Shown: positions 17,887 to 26,977, counted from the stretch's first letter. The stretch is DNA of 64,000 nt from Candidatus Heimdallarchaeota archaeon (GCA_030603365.1 JAUVXV010000007.1:76616-140615); one strand, 5' to 3'. Numbers and translations are program-made. Notes: a model not told the origin generated them from the letters alone.

Positions 17887-18720
17887 TCAGTTCTTAGTAT
17901 TTTGTTGATATTGCATTTCAAACCAAGATTTCTTTCGTATCAACTTTCTGTACCAAGCTGGCATTACCCACCCAAGATACATTGCAACATAAGCTGTTGC
18001 ATATGAGATTGCTCGAAAAGCTGAAATTGTAATCATCAAAGCTGGAATATTAGGAATACTACCATGCAAAGCTGAAAACAACCACGCTAATAGATATAAA
18101 AACACTCCAACACTAATTGTTTGTAATCCTCTCTTTCTAATAGGGTGATCTGATTTTCTTGCAAGCCTAAAAGCTCTAAATCCTATTCTACCTGTAACAA
18201 AAATTGAGACTACTATTTGGACTAAAAGGATGGGCCAAGTATATGAAATTGCAAATACATTCTTAGTGATGTAGGTTGGTTCAGAATACAATGAATGTGT
18301 ATATATATTATCATAAGCAATTACAGCAGTAACAATACCATAAACTACCATTATTACAGCAAAAATATAGGTTTTGATAATTTCATTATCTTTTAAAATA
18401 TGTCTACAGCCAAAGAAATAGAGAAATGCAAATGCAGGGAGGATAATTAATGGAGTTAAAGACCCTATCTGATAAATAGTATCAGTCATCACACCTTCAT
18501 TGTAAATGAGCGAAATACGGTATGCAATACTAAAAGCTGATGCTAAAGAAAATAGGAAGTAGGATGAAAGTAACATGAATGTGCCTACAGTTTTCTTGCG
18601 AAAGAAGTTGACTAAGAGCGTGATAACTAGTGCTAGACTGAAAGCCATGTTTATTACAGATGTAATAATTATGAAAAATGATGCAGGTTCTATTGCTGAA
18701 AGATCTACCATCATCATCAC
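17887..18720 (-). CDS. Seven-transmembrane membrane protein, hypothetical
   Basis: 277 aa. Seven hydrophobic helices are readable in the translation. The GTG-ATG-ATG-ATG start directly abuts the TAG stop of the upstream GTPase gene. There is no Lys in helix 7, so it is not a rhodopsin. Confidence 0.7.
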   Translation of the reverse strand: MMMMVDLSAIEPASFFIIITSVINMAFSLALVITLLVNFFRKKTVGTFMLLSSYFLFSLASAFSIAYRISLIYNEGVMTDTIYQIGSLTPLIILPAFAFLYFFGCRHILKDNEIIKTYIFAVIMVVYGIVTAVIAYDNIYTHSLYSEPTYITKNVFAISYTWPILLVQIVVSIFVTGRIGFRAFRLARKSDHPIRKRGLQTISVGVFLYLLAWLFSALHGSIPNIPALMITISAFRAISYATAYVAMYLGWVMPAWYRKLIRKKSWFEMQYQQNTKN

Positions 18721-19245
18721 CTAGACAAACTCATCAACAAACCATTTGAAGGCATTGAATATTCCTTCTCCTGTCTTTGCTGAGGTTTCAAAAACTGCCC
18801 ATTTAAAAGGTAAATCCAACAACTTGAATTCTTCAATAAAGAGTGATTTTTCTATAACATCAGATTCATCACTCTTATTGAGTAAAATTAATATTATCAA
18901 ATCTTGATCCAATTGTGCGTGAATGGTTTGTTCAAACACATCCTTTGCCTCATCAAATCTCATAATATTAGATCGATCAATAACGAATACAATTCCATCA
19001 GATTTTTCGTTGATATTGTGCCACATATTTCTGAAATCTTCCTGACCAGCTAAATCAAAAACGTTAATTTGTAAATTTGGTAAGTGTAAGGTTTCTCTAT
19101 TCACACCCATAGTTGGAGTTGTTTCAACGAATTCACCAGTTTCTAGAAACTTTAGTATAGTTGTTTTACCAGCATCATCTAGACCACAGATTGTTATATC
19201 TGCATGTTTTGTTCTGCTTCGAAATAGGTTTAGTAAGAACGACAT
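18721..19245 (-). CDS. Arf/Arl/Sar-family small GTPase
   Basis: G1 is GLDDAGKTT, switch I is TPTMGVN, G3 is DLAGQ, G4 is NKSD and G5 is TSAK. The N-terminal amphipathic segment is MSFLLNLFRS. It is collinear with eukaryotic Arf1. Confidence 0.9.
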   Translation of the reverse strand: MSFLLNLFRSRTKHADITICGLDDAGKTTILKFLETGEFVETTPTMGVNRETLHLPNLQINVFDLAGQEDFRNMWHNINEKSDGIVFVIDRSNIMRFDEAKDVFEQTIHAQLDQDLIILILLNKSDESDVIEKSLFIEEFKLLDLPFKWAVFETSAKTGEGIFNAFKWFVDEFV

Positions 19246-19258
19246 ATTTTTCCCTCAA

Positions 19259-19753
19259 CTAATCCCACAAATCATCAGATAGCTTATCTATCGCATTACC
19301 ATTCTTGTCATTTCCTTGTTTTGGAAAATCAAATTTTATGGTTGACGTAGAAGTTATCTCTATTTTGAACTGTCCTTTGCTAAATCCTTTGTAAAGTTTC
19401 GGTAAAATTCCTTCCAAAGTACTGGTTGCCAATAGATCTTTCTTTTCAAGTTCTGTTACTACCCAAGAGAACACTTGTTTAATAGAAGTAGCATCATAAT
19501 CAGTCGTATTGAATACAGCAACTAATGAAGCAAGATTATCTCTTTGATCAGCAGTAGGTATGCGAAATATATAACTTGTCAAATTTAGATCATTAAAAGT
19601 CGTTGAAGCAAAATCCCCTGGGTTTGATCCCATCGGGATAGTTTTGTAAACAAGCTGACTCATTGAATCAGTAGGTATAACATCGGGGAAAGATTTGACT
19701 AACTCTAATCCCCTTGCGCCCATATTAATTAGACATAAACTTAATGGTTTCAC
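19259..19753 (-). CDS. Longin/roadblock-like (uDENN-like) domain protein, hypothetical GTPase regulator
   Basis: 164 aa with a GTG start preceded by AGGGGA. The pattern LCLINMGARGLELVKSFPD...TSYIFRIPTADQRDNLASLVAVFN...IKQVFSWVVTELEK resembles longin/uDENN folds. It sits 13 nt upstream of the GTPase gene, and a GAGGG lies in that gap. Confidence 0.5.
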   Translation of the reverse strand: MKPLSLCLINMGARGLELVKSFPDVIPTDSMSQLVYKTIPMGSNPGDFASTTFNDLNLTSYIFRIPTADQRDNLASLVAVFNTTDYDATSIKQVFSWVVTELEKKDLLATSTLEGILPKLYKGFSKGQFKIEITSTSTIKFDFPKQGNDKNGNAIDKLSDDLWD

Positions 19754-19790
19754 TCAAATCCCCTTACTATTACTCAAAACAGTTCATCCG

Positions 19791-19798
19791 TTTAAATA
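19791..19798 (-). promoter_or_regulatory. TATA-box-like element (TTTAAATA) upstream of the longin-GTPase-7TM operon
   Basis: The AT-rich octamer lies 38-45 nt upstream of the GTG start at 19753. The same TTTAAATA-type motif recurs upstream of other genes in the window. Confidence 0.35.
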
Positions 19799-20191
19799 TC
19801 TTTTTAAAACTGCAAAACGCTATTTCTAAGGGGTTTATCCGCGATTTCAAGCATTTTCGAATGTGCAGAGAAATGCACAATTGACGTTTTATTGAACGAT
19901 GTTCAGTCTAATGCACAAATTTAATTTTATTGACTTTAAAAAAACAATAAAAAGAATAATGAAATAGCTAATATATTAGCAGATAGCACATTCATTTAAT
20001 TGTTTAGTTAATTTTTTTAGGATTACAGAGCCCACATACTTACAAAATTCTTAGGTTTGAAGTAGTCTGCTGACAAAAAAAATTAGTGCAGTTTTCCTAA
20101 ACAAACTCACGTTGATTGGATAGCTTTATAAATTTCTTAGGAAGAAATGTGTTTGGTTAAAGATTTAATTTTAACTGAATGGTGAAATTAA

Positions 20192-21610
20192 ATGGAAAAA
20201 GATTATGTTTTTGATCTATTAAACAAAGCAGTTGATCAAGGTCATAAACTTGGTGCAGACTTTTTAGAAGCTAGATATGATGATTTACAATTAACTACAA
20301 TAAATTTAACAAATGATATCATTAAACAATCCTCTTCTATAAATAGAAAAGGTATTGGTGTTATGGCTTATTATCAAGGTACACCAGGTTATAGTTTTAC
20401 TCCTGAATTAAGTTCAGAAGGTGTGGCAGAAGCTACAAAGAAAGCAGTAAAACTAGCAAAGTCAACTGATATAAGAAATAAGCTTAAGCTTGATTTTGAT
20501 AAGATTAAACCAATCAAAGATCATATAGAAGTTAAAGCTAAAAAACATCCAAAAGACTATGAATTTGATGATAAACTCGCTATGCTAAAACGAGGAGTTT
20601 CAGCCATCAAAGAACAAGTAGATGCAACAAGTACTACTGGAATGTATGGAGAGATGTATGGTGAAAAGTTCTTCATTAATTCTGAAGGATCTGAGATTTA
20701 TTGGGTTCCAATGATTGTTGACATGAGAATGGTTGCTGTTCTAATTAGTGAAGGACAACAAGCAATGGGTGCAGAAGGAATAGGAGCTTCTAAAGGTCTT
20801 GAGCACTTTGATGAAAAAGGACGTTCTCCAGAAGACTTCGGAACTATTGCAGGAAAAGACTGTAAAGATTCTTTGAACGCTGTTGCAGCTCCTACTGGCA
20901 AAACAACAACTCTTGTATCTCCTCAAATGGGAGGAGTAGTTGTTCATGAATCATTTGGTCATTTATCAGAAGCAGACTTTGTTGTTACTGGTCAATCTCC
21001 AATTGCAGATAGAGTGGGTGAACAACTTGGAAGTGAGCATGTTACAATTATCGATGAAGGCGTTCCTGAACAAGGAGGTTTGTTCTTTCCATATGATGAT
21101 CAAGGAACTAAAACTGGAAAAACCGTTCTAGTTGAAGATGGAATTCTGAAAGGATATCTTCATAATAGAGGTACTGCTAAGAAAATGAACTCTGAATTAA
21201 CTGGAAACTGCAGGGCAATAAACTTCTTGTATAATCCTATAGTACGAATGAAAAATACTTACTTTGGAGCAGGAAATCTAACTTTTGAAGAAGCTCTAGA
21301 AGAAGTAGGTACAGGAATATATGCAGTAGATATGTCTGGAGGACAAGTTGGATTAGATGGAAACTTCATGTTCAATTGTCGCAAAGGATATCTCATCGAA
21401 AATGGAGAGATAACTAAACCCATAAAAAATTCCTCTTTATCTGGAAATATTTTAGAATTACTCAAATATATTAAAGGTGCAACCAAAGATATTGAAATTC
21501 GAACTGGTTATTTTGGTGGATGTGGTAAAAATGGTCAAAATGGTTTACCTGTTGGTTTAGGTGGTCCTAATGTAATTATGGATCAAGTTCTTGTTGGAGG
21601 TGCTCAATAA
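20192..21610 (+). CDS. tldD: TldD-family metalloprotease (copy 1)
   Basis: 472 aa. The metal-binding HExxxH motif is HESFGH. The conserved C-terminus is GGCGKNGQ...PVGLGGP. Confidence 0.92.
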   Translation: MEKDYVFDLLNKAVDQGHKLGADFLEARYDDLQLTTINLTNDIIKQSSSINRKGIGVMAYYQGTPGYSFTPELSSEGVAEATKKAVKLAKSTDIRNKLKLDFDKIKPIKDHIEVKAKKHPKDYEFDDKLAMLKRGVSAIKEQVDATSTTGMYGEMYGEKFFINSEGSEIYWVPMIVDMRMVAVLISEGQQAMGAEGIGASKGLEHFDEKGRSPEDFGTIAGKDCKDSLNAVAAPTGKTTTLVSPQMGGVVVHESFGHLSEADFVVTGQSPIADRVGEQLGSEHVTIIDEGVPEQGGLFFPYDDQGTKTGKTVLVEDGILKGYLHNRGTAKKMNSELTGNCRAINFLYNPIVRMKNTYFGAGNLTFEEALEEVGTGIYAVDMSGGQVGLDGNFMFNCRKGYLIENGEITKPIKNSSLSGNILELLKYIKGATKDIEIRTGYFGGCGKNGQNGLPVGLGGPNVIMDQVLVGGAQ

Positions 21611-22986
21611 TGTCCTTAGATGATCTTAGAAATAAAATTTTGAATATTGCCGATACAACTATTAAACACTCTAGAGACTTAAATATTCCCTCAACAGAAG
21701 TATTTGTTCTAGAACAATCTACAACAAACTTAACCGATAATAAAGGTAAAGTTGATAGTAGAGATGGATTAGTTCAAGGAATAGGTATCAGAGTAGCAGT
21801 AGGTAAGAAACTAGGATTTGCAAGTTGTACAGGATTTGATGAAGAAACAATTAAATCCACTCTTAAACAAGCTCACAGTATTGCCAATGTAAGTCCTGAA
21901 AATCCAATGTTCAATGGTTTTGTAGCTGAAACCAAAATGTCAAAAGAAGGTATTTTAGACCCAGATATCCCACATCTTGATGCAGATGATCTAATCGAGA
22001 AATGCAATATTATGAATCAAGAAGTTGATCTAAGTGACAGAAGGATTATTTCAGGAAGTTTTGGTGCTAATATTGCATATCAGGGATTTGCAATTGCAAC
22101 TACTGAAGGATGCTTAGCTTCTTCTCTTCAAACAACATTTGGAGCTAATTCTTACTTTGTTGTTACTGATGCTGGAGACCGAAAAACAGCTCAAGATTTT
22201 GTAGCAGCAAGGAAAGTAGAATCAGTTGAAGGAATTGCTCCTAAAGCACTCAATAAAGCAATTAGTTCCTTGGGATCCAAAGCTTTTGGAGGATCAGAAG
22301 TTCTACCAACCATTTGGGAACCTCGTGAATCTGCTCCATTTCTAGCATTTGCATTTTTCAATGTTTTCTCAGGATCTGCTTATGTAGAAAAAAGCAATCC
22401 ATGGAAAGAAAAATTGAATGAAAAGGTGGCTGTAAAAGAATTGACTGTTATTGATGATGGTCAAAAACCTGATACTGAAGCTTGTCAATCTATTGATGCT
22501 GAAGGTACTCCAAAACAAACAACTGCTATCATAGAAGATGGAGTATTGAAGACTTTTCTATTTAATAAAATGTACGGAGATGCTGCTGGTTTTAGTACTA
22601 CAGGAAATGCACAGCGAGGAGGAATCTTTGGTGGCACACCTTACGAAAATATACCTGTTGTAGGACCAAATCAGATGATGATTAAAGAAGTCGCAAAAAA
22701 CCTTGAAGAACAGATCTCAGAAATAGATAAAGGAATTCTTATTACTGGAACACCAATTGGGTTGTTTACAGCTAATCCTGTTACAGGTGACTTCAGTGTT
22801 ACATGCAATGATACATTTCTAATTGAAAAAGGAGAAAAAGTTCATCCTCTGAAATCTATAAGTATTGCAGGGAACTACTTTGAGACCTTGAATAATATCC
22901 GTTTCATTGGAAATGACACAGAACAATCTGGATGGCCGATTGATGCTCCAAGTATGACCTTTCTGAACCATACAATCTCAGATTAA
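21610..22986 (+). CDS. pmbA: PmbA/TldE-family protein (copy 1), partner of TldD
   Basis: 458 aa. The ATG overlaps the tldD stop by 1 nt. It has a TldD/PmbA fold without HExxxH. The conserved block is GIGIRVAVGKKLGFAS. Confidence 0.9.
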   Translation: MSLDDLRNKILNIADTTIKHSRDLNIPSTEVFVLEQSTTNLTDNKGKVDSRDGLVQGIGIRVAVGKKLGFASCTGFDEETIKSTLKQAHSIANVSPENPMFNGFVAETKMSKEGILDPDIPHLDADDLIEKCNIMNQEVDLSDRRIISGSFGANIAYQGFAIATTEGCLASSLQTTFGANSYFVVTDAGDRKTAQDFVAARKVESVEGIAPKALNKAISSLGSKAFGGSEVLPTIWEPRESAPFLAFAFFNVFSGSAYVEKSNPWKEKLNEKVAVKELTVIDDGQKPDTEACQSIDAEGTPKQTTAIIEDGVLKTFLFNKMYGDAAGFSTTGNAQRGGIFGGTPYENIPVVGPNQMMIKEVAKNLEEQISEIDKGILITGTPIGLFTANPVTGDFSVTCNDTFLIEKGEKVHPLKSISIAGNYFETLNNIRFIGNDTEQSGWPIDAPSMTFLNHTISD

Positions 22987-22987
22987 A

Positions 22988-23013
22988 TTCTTCTTTTCCT
23001 TTCTTTTTTTATT
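22988..23013 (+). terminator. Oligo-T tract after pmbA copy 1
   Basis: The sequence ttcttcttttcctttctttttttatt follows the stop codon directly. Archaeal terminators are typically T-runs. Confidence 0.4.
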
Positions 23014-23037
23014 ATTTAACCAATCGGTTTTGAATAA

Positions 23038-23048
23038 TTTTATAAATA
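23038..23048 (+). promoter_or_regulatory. TATA-box-like element (TTTTATAAATA) upstream of tldD copy 2
   Basis: It lies about 125 nt upstream of the GTG at 23171 and is followed by three phased direct repeats (see findings). Confidence 0.3.
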
Positions 23049-23170
23049 TCCTAAGCATGAAAATTTCAATCCTAATCATGTTTACAAATATTCTTAACAT
23101 GATAATGTGACCGACTTGTGACCAGTTACTTAAAGTAAAGTGCTCAAACAAGTACTTATAGAAACACAAG

Positions 23171-24595
23171 GTGAAAATAGTGGAAAATGATTATGTTTTT
23201 GATCTATTACATAAAGCAGTTGATCAAGGTCATAAACTAGGTGCAGATTTTGTAGAGGCAAGGTACGATGATTTAACCTTAACAACTATAAACTATACAA
23301 ATGAAAAGGTTCGAGAATCTTCTACTAAACAACGTAGAGGAATAGGTGTTATGACATATGTCAAGGGTTCTCCCGGATATTCATTTACACCAGACATAAC
23401 TTCAGAAGCAATTCAAGAAACCACAAAACGGTCTCTTGGGATAGCAAAAGCTACTGAACCTCTTTTAACTTTTAAGCACATTTATGATGATCGATCTTCG
23501 ATCAAAGATTCAATTGTAAAGAAAGTAAAAATTCATCCTAAGGAAGTTGAATTTGACGAAAAACTTGACATGCTTAAGCGTGGAATAGCTAACGCTAAGG
23601 ATCAGGTTGATGCTCAATCTACAACAGGTATGTGGGGAGAACTCTGGGGAGATAAATTATTTGTAAACTCTGAACAATCTGAGATTTATTGGACCCCACT
23701 CTTGTTTGATCTACGTATAATGGCAGTTGCTATGACTGAAACTTCTCAAGCTCGTGGTTCTGATGGAGTAGGACAATCTCAAGGGATGGAATATTTTGAT
23801 ATTGAAGCTCACAGCCCTGAAACTCTAGGAACCAATGCTGGTAAATGGTGCAAAGAGCAAATTGATGCTGTTTCTGCTCCACCAGGAAAACATAGAGCTT
23901 TAGTAGGACCAAGAATGGCAGGTGTTCTTGCACATGAAAGTTTTGGTCACCTCTCTGAAACTGATTTTGTTATTACTGGTATGTCTCCAATTTCAGATAG
24001 AGTAGGAGAACAACTTGGAACTGAGCATGCGACTATCATTGATGAAGGTATTACAAAAGAAGGTGGATTCTTCTTACCTTATGATGATCAAGGAACTAAA
24101 ACTGGAAAAACCGTTCTAATGGACAAGGGTATGCTACTGGGTTATCTACATGATAGAAGTACAGCTAATAAAATGAATACTGAACCTACTGGAAATTCTA
24201 GAGCTATTACTTTTATGTTCCCATCGATACCAAGAATGAAAAATACTTATTTCAAGCCTGGAAACATAAGTTTTGATGAAGCTGTAGAACAAGTTGGAGA
24301 TGGTCTCTATACAGCTGGAACTTCAGGAGGTCAAACAGACCTTGATGGTACATTTCTGTTCAAATGTAGTCGTGGATACCTGATTGAAAATGGCGAGATT
24401 ACCAAACCTATCAAAGATGCTGCACTCTCAGGTCAAATTCTAGAATTCATTCAACAAATTAGTGGAGTTACAAATGAGATGGACATATTTACTAGTTACT
24501 TTGGCGGATGCGGAAAAGGTGGTCAATATCCTCTTCCAGTTGGATTAGGTGGACCTAGTCTGGTTGTTGATGAGGTTTTAGTTGGTGGTGAATGA
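23171..24595 (+). CDS. tldD: TldD-family metalloprotease (copy 2)
   Basis: 474 aa with a GTG start and the HESFGH motif. It is collinear with copy 1 throughout. Confidence 0.92.
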   Translation: MKIVENDYVFDLLHKAVDQGHKLGADFVEARYDDLTLTTINYTNEKVRESSTKQRRGIGVMTYVKGSPGYSFTPDITSEAIQETTKRSLGIAKATEPLLTFKHIYDDRSSIKDSIVKKVKIHPKEVEFDEKLDMLKRGIANAKDQVDAQSTTGMWGELWGDKLFVNSEQSEIYWTPLLFDLRIMAVAMTETSQARGSDGVGQSQGMEYFDIEAHSPETLGTNAGKWCKEQIDAVSAPPGKHRALVGPRMAGVLAHESFGHLSETDFVITGMSPISDRVGEQLGTEHATIIDEGITKEGGFFLPYDDQGTKTGKTVLMDKGMLLGYLHDRSTANKMNTEPTGNSRAITFMFPSIPRMKNTYFKPGNISFDEAVEQVGDGLYTAGTSGGQTDLDGTFLFKCSRGYLIENGEITKPIKDAALSGQILEFIQQISGVTNEMDIFTSYFGGCGKGGQYPLPVGLGGPSLVVDEVLVGGE

Positions 24596-24596
24596 A

Positions 24597-25964
24597 ATGG
24601 TTTTAGAAAAAATTCGTTCTGAACTCTTAGAAGTTGCTGATTTAGCTTTGAAATATTCTAAAGATCTAGCTGTACCTACAGCTGAAGCTTTCATCATTAA
24701 GAACTCACTTACTGAAATCAAATATTCTAAAGGTAAAACTGAATGCAGAGATGGTATGGTTCAAGGTATCGGTATTAGAGTAGCAGTTGGAAAGCAAGTA
24801 GGTTTCGCAACATGTGCTGGTTTTGCTTCTGAATCACTTAAAACAACAATTGAAAACGCACACAAAATTGCTAAGAATAGTCCAGAAGATCCTAGATTCT
24901 CAGGATTTGTAGCAGAGAGTAAACCTGGTAAAGAAGGTAATCTTGACGTAAACATAGTAAATCTAGAAACGGCTTCTCTAATTGGACAAATGGCTGAATT
25001 AATCAAAGAAAGCAATATAGACGATCAAAGGTTGGTAGGAGCTGATTTAGAAATAGGTACTGAATGGGGAGGTTATGCAGTAGCAACCACAGAAGGTTGT
25101 TTAGTCTCGTCCATGCATACTACTCATTATGGAACTGCATACGCAGTTACTATGGGACAAGATGAAAGATCCACCGCTTTTGGGTTTAAAGCTGGTCTAA
25201 CTCTTCAAGATTTATCTGGAATTGGAACTTCTGCAATCGAGAAAGCTCTCAAGCATCTTGGCTCAAGTCCATTAGGAGAAACTGTTAAAATACCTACAAT
25301 ATGGGAACCAATTTCAGCATCTATGCTCTTGAGTACAACTTTTACTGTTGGATTAAACGGTGGTACAGTAGTCGAAAAAAGAAATCCTTTGATGAGCAAA
25401 CTTAATGAACAAATTGCCAATAAAGATTTTCAACTCTACGATGATGGTACTAATCCAGAAAAACTATCTTGTGAAGCAGTAGATGCTGAAGGATCTACAG
25501 TGAGAAAAACAGAAATCATAAAAGATGGAGTTCTGAAGAATTTCCTCTTCGACAATTTCTATGGCCCAGTCTTTGGTGCAGGTAGTACAGGTAATGCTAG
25601 ACGCAATCCTCCAACTGAATATGAGAGTCTCCCTACTATAGGTCCTAATAAATTGGTAATTCAACCAGGTACAAAGAATCTTGATGAGATAATAGCGGGT
25701 TTTGATGATGCTATATACATTGAAGGTTTCCCAATGGGTATGGGGCATAGTAACATGATCACTGGTGATTTTTCAGTAACAGCTACAAACGCATATCTTG
25801 TAAAGAATGGAGAGATTGTACATCCTCTTAAACCAGTTAGTATAGCAGGTAATTTCTTCAAGTCTCTTAATGATTTAGAACATGTTGGATCAGATACTAT
25901 TGACTTGCCATTCCCACTAGAAAGTTCAACTTTAGCAATTAATAACCACACTATAAGTGGTTAA
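24597..25964 (+). CDS. pmbA: PmbA/TldE-family protein (copy 2)
   Basis: I prefer the ATG at 24597 (MVLEKIRSELLEVAD, which aligns with MSLDDLRNKILNIAD of copy 1) over the track start at 24582. That ATG lies 1 nt after the tldD2 stop codon (24593..24595). Confidence 0.9.
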   Translation: MVLEKIRSELLEVADLALKYSKDLAVPTAEAFIIKNSLTEIKYSKGKTECRDGMVQGIGIRVAVGKQVGFATCAGFASESLKTTIENAHKIAKNSPEDPRFSGFVAESKPGKEGNLDVNIVNLETASLIGQMAELIKESNIDDQRLVGADLEIGTEWGGYAVATTEGCLVSSMHTTHYGTAYAVTMGQDERSTAFGFKAGLTLQDLSGIGTSAIEKALKHLGSSPLGETVKIPTIWEPISASMLLSTTFTVGLNGGTVVEKRNPLMSKLNEQIANKDFQLYDDGTNPEKLSCEAVDAEGSTVRKTEIIKDGVLKNFLFDNFYGPVFGAGSTGNARRNPPTEYESLPTIGPNKLVIQPGTKNLDEIIAGFDDAIYIEGFPMGMGHSNMITGDFSVTATNAYLVKNGEIVHPLKPVSIAGNFFKSLNDLEHVGSDTIDLPFPLESSTLAINNHTISG

Positions 25965-25965
25965 A

Positions 25966-25990
25966 TTTATCTTTTTTTTTCTTTTGTTTT
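25966..25990 (+). terminator. Oligo-T tract after pmbA copy 2
   Basis: The sequence tttatctttttttttcttttgtttt follows the stop codon directly. Confidence 0.4.
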
Positions 25991-26059
25991 AAAGAGCAAC
26001 TAAAGAAAAGATTAAAATTACATAGTAAAACCAACTATTAAGTTTGGTAGGGGTTGCCA

Positions 26060-26968
26060 ATGAGTCTTCAAACAGATTTACACAGAGAAACAATAAGTTA
26101 CCTTTGCAATAATTGTGGAAAGAAAAGAATTGCACTTATACCTCCGACAATGAAAATTAACGTTGATTCAAGGGGTTTATGTGAATTTGTTGATGTTCAT
26201 CTATGTAAAGAAACAGAATTATCTGCAAACATTCTCTTTATTGATTCTAATAGAGCAGTTAGATCACAAGTACCAGTTGCTAGTGAAAGTAAACCAGCTG
26301 AGGATTTTGAGTTTTCTATACCAATGCCTGAAAAGATTTCTCATGCTAAATATGAAATAAAACCAAATGAAAGCTTTAAAGCACGAATTATTAGAGAAAT
26401 GGAAATAAAAGATGAATTTAGGAACATAATCTATATTATAAACACAGATAAACCAAGAGAAAAATTGGAAGTTGAAACATCTTCCGAATTAGGTTTTATA
26501 AAAATAAGTGCTAACATAACACGAAACACAAATGAAGAAAAGGCTCAAGCTTGGTTACAAAAATTAGCAGACTTAGTCGAGAAAACAGCAAATCTTGATG
26601 AAGGAATATTTTCGATACTGATGTATTTCTTAGATGAGAAGATGAAAGAAAACATGAATGATACAAATGCAAAAGCTTTGGACTGTATATTGCAATCCAC
26701 TGTATCTTTACCATTTTCGAAGGATAATGCTCTTAATGACTTCAACCAGCTTAGGAACACTGTTTTCAAAAAACTAACCGTTGTTGAGGTGATTTATTAC
26801 ACCAATCTACTAAAAATATGTACAAATAATGAGAGTAAGACCTTACTAGATGTTTACTCCAATTTAGAACAAAAGTTACCTTTGTTCCTGTTCTTGAATG
26901 CTGTACATGACTTAATATATCACAATTTAATGGAAATAGAAAAATTAGAGTTCATATCTATTGATTAA
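26060..26968 (+). CDS. Hypothetical protein with an N-terminal CxxC motif
   Basis: I prefer the ATG at 26060, which has GGTAGGGG 6 nt upstream. LCNNCGKK lies near the N-terminus. I recognise no family. Confidence 0.6.
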   Translation: MSLQTDLHRETISYLCNNCGKKRIALIPPTMKINVDSRGLCEFVDVHLCKETELSANILFIDSNRAVRSQVPVASESKPAEDFEFSIPMPEKISHAKYEIKPNESFKARIIREMEIKDEFRNIIYIINTDKPREKLEVETSSELGFIKISANITRNTNEEKAQAWLQKLADLVEKTANLDEGIFSILMYFLDEKMKENMNDTNAKALDCILQSTVSLPFSKDNALNDFNQLRNTVFKKLTVVEVIYYTNLLKICTNNESKTLLDVYSNLEQKLPLFLFLNAVHDLIYHNLMEIEKLEFISID

Positions 26969-26977
26969 TATTAAACT

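Noticed and set aside
17887-18720. The 7-TM protein as a microbial rhodopsin
   Set aside because: There is no lysine in the seventh helix for retinal Schiff-base formation, and none of the rhodopsin helix-3 motifs is present.
24582-24596. Track start (TTG at 24582) for pmbA copy 2
   Set aside because: It would overlap the tldD2 end by 14 nt. The ATG at 24597 gives an N-terminus that aligns with copy 1 (MVLEKIRS versus MSLDDLRN).
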